Source of the DNA: Tubiluchus corallicola
Lineage: Eukaryota; Animalia; Priapulida
DNA length: 64,000 bases
Assembly: GCA_030141605.1 (NCBI GenBank)
Contig: JAQGDQ010000994.1
Location: 1-64,000 of the forward strand
Direction of reading: 5' to 3'
Positions 62,801-64,000 of this stretch are shown here, one piece after another. The position numbers and the translations under genes are program-made. Below the pieces are notes generated by a model. That model worked only from the letters and a program-made list of their open reading frames with translations, searched no databases and was not told the origin of the DNA. The first letter of the stretch is position 1, and each line of letters begins with the position of its first letter.

Positions 62801-63902
62801 CGCGGGAGTTTAAATTTACTTGTTGTAATGCCGACGCAAGCGCTGTATGCAAAAAGGCAATATATGAGTGGTATAAAATTTTAAGATGAATTTTTTGAGC
62901 TGTATTTAAGTGGGAAGGGTTTTCTTGTGCTCTAAGCGAGTCTAGGAATTACAAGACCCACTAGACCTTAGTTCACGGATAAATATAAATATACTTTAAT
63001 ATTTTAGCGATAATACTCTTTCTTATTTGATAACTTAGCCACTGGGGGGGGGGGGGGGCAAGCCAGCCCAATTCAGCGCCGGTCACAAGCCCGGATAAAT
63101 AGGGAGGGTTAGGGTCAGGAAGGGCATCCGCCTGTAAAAACTGCGCCAAAACCTTCTATGAATGAGTCGGTGAGACTTAAAGGTAAGGTCCACAAAGAAG
63201 TGGTCAGACCCGCTCTAATCTATGGGCTGGAAGCAGCTTCTCTAAAGAAGACGGAAGAGAAGAAAATGGGTGTGGTGGAGATGAGGATGTTGAGATGGAT
63301 GGTGGGAATAACAAGAAGAGATAAAATTAGAAATAATAATATCAGAGGAACAGTAAAAGTAGTGGAAGCCTCGCAAGGTTGCGATGGTATGGACACCTGA
63401 ATAGAAGAGTCGGGTGAAGATCATGTGGGAAGGGAGGTCATGGAAACGGAAGTGCTGGGAAATAGAAGAAGAGGACGACCCAAGCGGAGATGGATTGAAT
63501 GTATTAATGGAAACCTTAGAGAGAAGAACATAAATGAAGAGATGGTCAACTACAGGAATGCGTGGAGAAGACTCATTCACAACGGCGACCCCACATAGGG
63601 AAAAGCTGGGAAGAAGAAGACTCTTTCTTATTTGATCCATTTTTCTAATTTTTCTCACTTTTTTTCTGAAAAATCAAAGTTCTTGAAGAAAATTATTGAA
63701 ATTTCTTACCTTGTTCAGCTAGAGTCGTACACTCGCTGCACGACACAGACAGAAGTTTCTCCATCACGGTGACGTTTGCTTCCACGTTGTAATCCAGCGG
63801 TACCAACACCGGAAGACTGAGAATTCCCTGCGGATCCACAGCACCGAAGAAAGAACATAAAGATTGAAAGACCATACCCATTGACTCAGATACTTTCTCA
63901 TT
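56816..63902 (-). CDS. ZZEF1: Zinc finger ZZ-type and EF-hand domain-containing protein 1 homolog, 3' exons
   Basis: Exon 63902-63710 (phase 1 donor) joins terminal exon 62205-56816. Two ZZ fingers (CDGCGITLPGRRYRCLQCPDLDLCSTC; CDGCHAFIVGTRVHCTECEDFDLCLGC) lie between two CUB-like modules (ESSHNYENN..FDPRCETEAKYDYLEF..FHSDGSNNEWGYKF; ESPH..IPGA..WGYKFTV). The 5' part is beyond the window. Confidence 0.93.
63032..63619 (+). mobile_element. Bipartite non-autonomous RTE-clade LINE derivative, antisense in a ZZEF1 intron
   Basis: 17-bp TSD ACTCTTTCTTATTTGAT (63015-63031 / 63620-63636). 5' UTR-like AAGCCCGGATAAATAGGGAGGGTT joined to the ORF C-terminus (VVRPALIYG, EMRMLRW, RRDKIRN, RRRGRPKRRW); (GAA)n tail. 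Confidence 0.9.
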
Positions 63903-64000
63903 CTAAAATAACAGTTACATCATTTGACTACTAATAATTAAACCTTGTAGTCTTTTACATGTTTTACAAAAGGTGTCATACGTGTTCCAAACCCAGGAAG

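Overview
AT-rich animal (invertebrate-like) nuclear DNA with spliceosomal introns; the species cannot be assigned from sequence alone. Four genes were reconstructed by hand from splice sites and reading frames: the 3' part of a Dbl-homology (RhoGEF) gene on + (698-14493), a 16-coding-exon SDCCAG8 homolog on - (19013-45616, ~685 aa, one GC-AG intron), a CCDC34-like gene with a single coding exon on + (51690-52625), and the 3' part of a ZZEF1 homolog on - (56816-63902) with a 5.39-kb terminal coding exon. Mobile DNA includes a full-length but RT-damaged Ty3/Gypsy (Mag-like) LTR element, a solo LTR nested in a hAT element, two internally deleted RTE LINE derivatives, tRNA-headed SINEs and several MITE families. 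Most long ORFs in the ORF track are minisatellite artefacts. The most striking pattern is that many introns carry their own private tandem array, and at least six arrays or duplications copy an exon-intron junction. These produce ladders of donor sites (8 in-frame donors at 41147-41378; 3 at 3107-3419; 5 at 33337-33617) and about 125 tandem acceptor-like sites (35757-39806). Gene family calls rest on recalled motif similarity, not on database searches.
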